NCBI GenBank assembly: GCA_965205015.1
Contig: OZ242029.1
Span: 1,184,001-1,248,000, forward strand
Length of the DNA stretch: 64,000 bases
From: Candidatus Poribacteria bacterium
GTDB taxonomy: Bacteria > Poribacteria > WGA-4E > WGA-3G
Reading direction: 5' to 3'
Shown one piece after another: positions 58,638 to 64,000 of this stretch. Position 1 is the stretch's first letter; every line of letters starts with the position of its first letter. The position numbers were made by a program, and so were the translations under genes. The notes below the pieces were generated by a model. That model was not told the origin of the DNA. It searched no databases and saw only the letters and a list, made by a program, of their open reading frames with translations.

Positions 58638-61259
58638 ATGCCGAATACGCCATTTCGGAAATATAAAAGAAAAGAGTGGAAGAGTGGAAGAGTAGAAGAG
58701 TGGAAGAGGGGTGGGTGTCCATCCCTCCATCCTTCCATCCTTCCATCCAGTCTTCTCGTCATAGCGATCTTTCTCCTAACGATTGGTTTCGCATACGCCC
58801 AGGTGCAACCCACCCTGACGGCTGTCTTCCCACAAGGCGGTCAGCAGGGACGCAGCGTAGACGTCACACTCACAGGCACAAATCTCGGCACAGCAACAGC
58901 GGTGTGGTTCAGTGGGAAGGGTATCACCGCGGAAATTAAAGAAAAAACGGGGCAAGCTGCTGTCGTTTTCAACGGTGCTGGTGTTTCCGGAAGTATTCCG
59001 AGCGACACGCAGTTGGTCGCATCGCTAACGATTGCCAGCGACGCACCGTTAGGTATCCAACAGATACGCGCCGTTACCCCGTATGGTGTCTCCAATGCTG
59101 GCAGCTTCGTTGTTGGAAATCTACGAGAAATCATTGAAGAAGAGACAGAGGCATCGGCGTCGGAAACCTCGTCCACAATGGAAACCGACTGGCTGGCGCT
59201 GCCGGTTACCGTGAACGGCACAATCGCTTCAATTGACGATGAAGACAGTTTTACCTTTCAAGTGAAAAAGGATACGCGGCTTATCTGTGAAGTGGCAGCA
59301 CAGCAAATAGGTTCGCTGTTGGATTCCTACCTCGTTCTCCGCGATACCAATGGGACTGAGGTCGCCAACAGTGGTCTCGGTAACGCCTTTGACTCCGTTT
59401 TGGACTACACAGCACCTGAAACTGGGAAATACACGCTCCACATTCGCGATATTCGTTACAAAGGCGGAGATGGGTACGCCTATCGCTTGAGTATCGGTGA
59501 ATTACCCTATCTTGAGACGATCTTTCCCCTCGGTGGGCAACGCGGTACCGAGAATACAGTTACCGTCACTGGCGCGAACCTGGAGACGGTAGAATCCATA
59601 CAGGTTTCAATCGGTGCTGAAACACCGGCAGGCGAACAATCTTTGAGAGTCCAGACGCCTTCCGGGTTGGCAACCAATCCACATCCGTTCACTATCGGAA
59701 ATTGGACGGAAATGGTGGAGACCGAGCCGAATAACACAACTGGGAATGCGAATGCCGTAACGACACCGATAACGCTCAACGGAAAAATCGACACATCCGG
59801 CGATGTCGACTATTTTTCGTTTGAGATTAAAGAACCGCAACTCCTCGTTTTTGAGGTAGAGGCACTTAACCTGTCATCAAAACTTGATGCATTACTCACG
59901 CTCTACGGTCCAGGAAAACCGATGGAAGCCTCCGAAGAAATGGGAAATAAAGGGCAAGGTTGGGAAACCTCGCCAGCGGAACAGGTGCTGATGGTAAACG
60001 ACGATGCCACCAATGCCGATGCCCGTATTGACTGGAATTTTGAAGCAGCTGGAAAGTACTCTATCGCCATTCGGGATCTAAACAATCAAGGCGGTGAAAC
60101 TTATCCGTACCGATTAAACATCCGTCCGTTGGAACCCGACTGCCAACTCAGTGTAGTTGCCCTTGACATTCGGAATCGTCCGACCGCCATGGATAACCCG
60201 CGCGTTAGCAGAGGCAGCAGCGTTACATTGCAGATTAATGTTACGCGTCTCGACCAATTTGCGGGTCCAATTCGCTTACTTTGTCCAGACCTTCCGAGAA
60301 CATTCGATGTGAGTCCGACGATTGTCGGAGCAAACCAAAACCGGGCGATGCTTACGATAACGGCACCATCGGATGCACCACTCGGACTCATGCCGGTCTC
60401 CATCGTTGGGGTTTGTGCCGTCGGGGGTCGCCAGATAGAGCGCACTGCCACTCCGTCTCCGATCCTGCTGACCGTAATGGATGCGCCGGAATTCACACTG
60501 ACGCTCGCAGAGATCGGTTTAAGCACTGTGCACAACAAAACCGTTGACCTCCACGTGACAGCAACACGTCGCGATGACTTCGTCGGTCCGATCGCATTAT
60601 CGGTATCCGGACTTCCAAATCGTGTTTCAGCACTTCCTGACCCTGTTTCTAAAAAACCTGTCACGATTTCGGAAGGCGAAACAGAAGCGATGATTTTGGT
60701 TAAAGCTGGGACTTTTGAACGGAGAGAGGAATTTTCCGTCTTGCCGATACCCGGTACAAATTATATCTCGGTTACCGGAACGTCGACTGTCAATGGCGAG
60801 ACGGTGAAACAATCGACTCCTGCCATCCCTTTGACGATCGTCGAGGCCCCCTTTATTGTAACGGTTGAACCCCTGCGCTTTAGCATTGTCTTCCCTGCAA
60901 CGGCACCCCCAGGGTCTGAAGTCGAGACAGTCGCACTTACGGAAACCAATCCAGCGACGGACACCGAAACAGCAAAAGCCGAAGATCCGCGAACAAAGGA
61001 AGCGATATTGACGTTAACGATCGTCCGGCAAGGCGGCTTCACAGATGAAATCACGTTGACGCCGATCGATGTCCCAGAAGGCTTTACCACAGAGGCGGTT
61101 ACCATCCCAGCAAACGAGACGGAGGCAAAAGTCCCACTAAAAGCACTCAGCTCTTTAACGCCGGAGACATACGAGTTTAAATTCCGAGGCGCTGTGACGA
61201 TTAACGATACACCCTTTGAACAGGATAGTCCTATCGTCAAGGTAAAGATTATCCATTAA
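58638..61259 (+). CDS. Planctomycete-type PPC-domain exported protein
   Basis: VFPQGGQQG, ETEPNN, two PPC domains (D.F.F..LDSYL..G.Y...RD), Ig-like tail. Confidence 0.85.
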   Translation: MPNTPFRKYKRKEWKSGRVEEWKRGGCPSLHPSILPSSLLVIAIFLLTIGFAYAQVQPTLTAVFPQGGQQGRSVDVTLTGTNLGTATAVWFSGKGITAEIKEKTGQAAVVFNGAGVSGSIPSDTQLVASLTIASDAPLGIQQIRAVTPYGVSNAGSFVVGNLREIIEEETEASASETSSTMETDWLALPVTVNGTIASIDDEDSFTFQVKKDTRLICEVAAQQIGSLLDSYLVLRDTNGTEVANSGLGNAFDSVLDYTAPETGKYTLHIRDIRYKGGDGYAYRLSIGELPYLETIFPLGGQRGTENTVTVTGANLETVESIQVSIGAETPAGEQSLRVQTPSGLATNPHPFTIGNWTEMVETEPNNTTGNANAVTTPITLNGKIDTSGDVDYFSFEIKEPQLLVFEVEALNLSSKLDALLTLYGPGKPMEASEEMGNKGQGWETSPAEQVLMVNDDATNADARIDWNFEAAGKYSIAIRDLNNQGGETYPYRLNIRPLEPDCQLSVVALDIRNRPTAMDNPRVSRGSSVTLQINVTRLDQFAGPIRLLCPDLPRTFDVSPTIVGANQNRAMLTITAPSDAPLGLMPVSIVGVCAVGGRQIERTATPSPILLTVMDAPEFTLTLAEIGLSTVHNKTVDLHVTATRRDDFVGPIALSVSGLPNRVSALPDPVSKKPVTISEGETEAMILVKAGTFERREEFSVLPIPGTNYISVTGTSTVNGETVKQSTPAIPLTIVEAPFIVTVEPLRFSIVFPATAPPGSEVETVALTETNPATDTETAKAEDPRTKEAILTLTIVRQGGFTDEITLTPIDVPEGFTTEAVTIPANETEAKVPLKALSSLTPETYEFKFRGAVTINDTPFEQDSPIVKVKIIH

Positions 61260-61291
61260 TTGGTTATCAGTTATCGGTTATCGGTCATCAG

Positions 61292-61371
61292 GGGGCAGGC
61301 ACGAGACCTGCCCCTACATTCGGGCAGGCATAAGACCCTACATTCGGGCAGGCACAAGACCTGCCCCTACA
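61292..61371. repeat. Three tandem GTAG-type REP-like palindromes
   Basis: GGGCAGGCAC(G/A)AGACCTGCCCCTAC units. Confidence 0.8.
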
Positions 61372-61382
61372 TTCATATCTGA

Positions 61383-62552
<1,170 letters not shown>

Positions 62553-62630
62553 CCAGGCAGCGCTCCGCATCTTTTGAGACATAGGCAAGATGCATTAGAC
62601 ATAAAACAGCGGAAGAAGCTTGTGCGAACG

Positions 62631-63395
62631 TTAAAACTCTCCAACCACCTCCGCATTTTCGGTACTGACTCGCAAAAAGTTCGCATCAATATTTGTTATT
62701 CTGACTTCAGATAAGGTAAGTGCCGAAGTTTTGACCTCTATCACTTCAAACGTGACGGTTGCCAAAGTGCCATCCCCCTGGCTCCCGCCATCCAGAGAGG
62801 TCGCCGCAAGCGTGACTTGATTCTCACTAACCAGCGGCGGAATGACAAAAGTGCCTGGTGGCAGATAGTCAGCATTGCCGCCAGAGACATAACGGAGGGC
62901 AGTCGCATCGAACTGGAGCGTCAGCTGATAACCTGCGGTGTCCTCGCCCCCGGTAATGTTGATGTCAAGAACGAGTTGCTCACCCGGTGGGGGCGATTTC
63001 ACCGAAGCGGGGAAGATGCTCACCGTCACGCTTGAAAAGGACTCAAGTGCCGGAGGCGTAACGGTGTAATTAAGCGTCTGAGTCCCATCAGTCCACGTGA
63101 TAGTGATAGGAAGTGCTCCGGGTGCGAAGGGACCATTGATAGTAACCGTTTTACCAGCAATGATAATTTTTCCGGTCTTAGCAAAACCGGTATCCACTTT
63201 TACATCCTCAGGGATATTGTCAAACGTCACCGTGATAATGCTGTTTGGTTCAATGTCGCCGTCGGATGGATTTGCGCTAACGAATGCTGCGGTCGGAATC
63301 TCTTGAACTTCCTCTTTATCCTCGCCACATCCACCCACGTAAACTGTGAGCAGGACAGCCATTATTAGCCTGAGTCTTCTGAAAAAAAGGTCCAT
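62631..63395 (-). CDS. Lipoprotein with Ig-like and cohesin domains
   Basis: VGGC lipobox; AGYQLTLQFDATALRYVS..GDGTLATVTFEV cohesin-like. Confidence 0.8.
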   Translation of the reverse strand: MDLFFRRLRLIMAVLLTVYVGGCGEDKEEVQEIPTAAFVSANPSDGDIEPNSIITVTFDNIPEDVKVDTGFAKTGKIIIAGKTVTINGPFAPGALPITITWTDGTQTLNYTVTPPALESFSSVTVSIFPASVKSPPPGEQLVLDINITGGEDTAGYQLTLQFDATALRYVSGGNADYLPPGTFVIPPLVSENQVTLAATSLDGGSQGDGTLATVTFEVIEVKTSALTLSEVRITNIDANFLRVSTENAEVVGEF

Positions 63396-63555
63396 AAGTA
63401 TTATAACTCCTCATGGTAACATCGAAAAATATTCAACAACGGGAATACCAAATAGATTCACACAAATCATCTCATAACTGACGTAGCGTCATTCAGTTCT
63501 TTCGTATACACAAATTCTGACCGAAAATAACGCGTGCTGCTATGGGGCACACATC

Positions 63556-63999
63556 CTATTTTCGAATGAGCAGCTTCCGCGTGGCAGCGAAATCTTCTGC
63601 TGTGAGTGTGTAGAAATACACACCACTCGCAACAGACTCACCCAGTTGGTTTCTGCCGTCCCAATACGCTGCTCGACTCCGAGACTCATAGATACCCGCA
63701 GCCTGATGCCCTAATACCAGCGTCCGAACCAAACGACCATCAGCTGCATAGATCCGTACTGTTACATTCGCAGACGCTGACAAGTGATACGGAATCCACG
63801 TCTCCGGGTTGAACGGATTGGGATAGTTCGGCAAGAGTACTGTCTCTGTCGGCGTTAGGATCGCAAGGAGCTGCTCGAGAACCAGGAACCCACGCTGATA
63901 TATTAGACCTGTGAGGTTTTGTTGCCGGGCAAGTTGAAGCCACTCGTGCACTTCTGCCGCAGTGAATAGATTAACAATGGCTTCCGAATGCAGTGACGG
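63556..63999 (-). CDS. C-terminal part of an exported protein with FlgD/T9SS-CTD-like domain (runs off window)
   Basis: LLPNYPNPFNPETWIPY..WDGRN..VASGVYFY; frame open to the window edge. Confidence 0.88.
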   Translation of the reverse strand, partial: PSLHSEAIVNLFTAAEVHEWLQLARQQNLTGLIYQRGFLVLEQLLAILTPTETVLLPNYPNPFNPETWIPYHLSASANVTVRIYAADGRLVRTLVLGHQAAGIYESRSRAAYWDGRNQLGESVASGVYFYTLTAEDFAATRKLLIRK

Positions 64000-64000
64000 C

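Noticed and set aside
61292-61371. Mini-CRISPR
   Set aside because: Adjacent REP palindromes without unique spacers

Overview
Gene-dense bacterial chromosomal window, probably Candidatus Poribacteria. This assignment is an inference from the secreted-protein families: LamG proteins with a C-terminal GKLATxWGxxK tail, an NYPNPFNPETWIPY C-terminal domain, WD40-dockerin proteins and Planctomycete-type DUF1501/DUF1549 genes. Housekeeping genes (purH, mutL, lysA, tgt) are mixed with catabolic genes (GH127, two sulfatases, a DgoD-like enolase, Gfo/Idh/MocA oxidoreductases) and many exported proteins. Main observations: (1) Two ORFs that the ORF track splits at TGA are almost certainly single selenoproteins. 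One is a bacterial homologue of animal Selenoprotein N (DESC-U-GSGKGLR, 56956-58623). The other is a cytochrome c/WD40 protein with a C-terminal HMA domain (GMT-U-GAC, 46065-47663). Both UGAs are followed 20-21 nt later by the same GCAGG(A)UGC hairpin (putative SECIS), and both genes lie in a DUF1501/DUF1549/PPC gene system. (2) A divergent pair of ~1000-aa surface-protein paralogues (26538-34358) has variable N-halves, near-identical C-halves and identical inverted leader blocks. Only one clear promoter is visible, and an excisionase-like gene sits in the middle, making this a candidate inversion or antigenic-variation switch. Each gene is also bracketed by complementary leader and trailer sequences. 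(3) A family of small coiled-coil membrane-protein genes sits in front of enzyme genes; one is flanked by a 67-bp duplication of the neighbouring gene start. (4) There is a rich set of nested MITE, REP and micro-repeat elements, some translated in frame inside proteins. (5) An IS1 InsA-like ORF has a decayed InsB, and an Rpn gene has an internal antitoxin-like start. No rRNA, tRNA or CRISPR array was seen.
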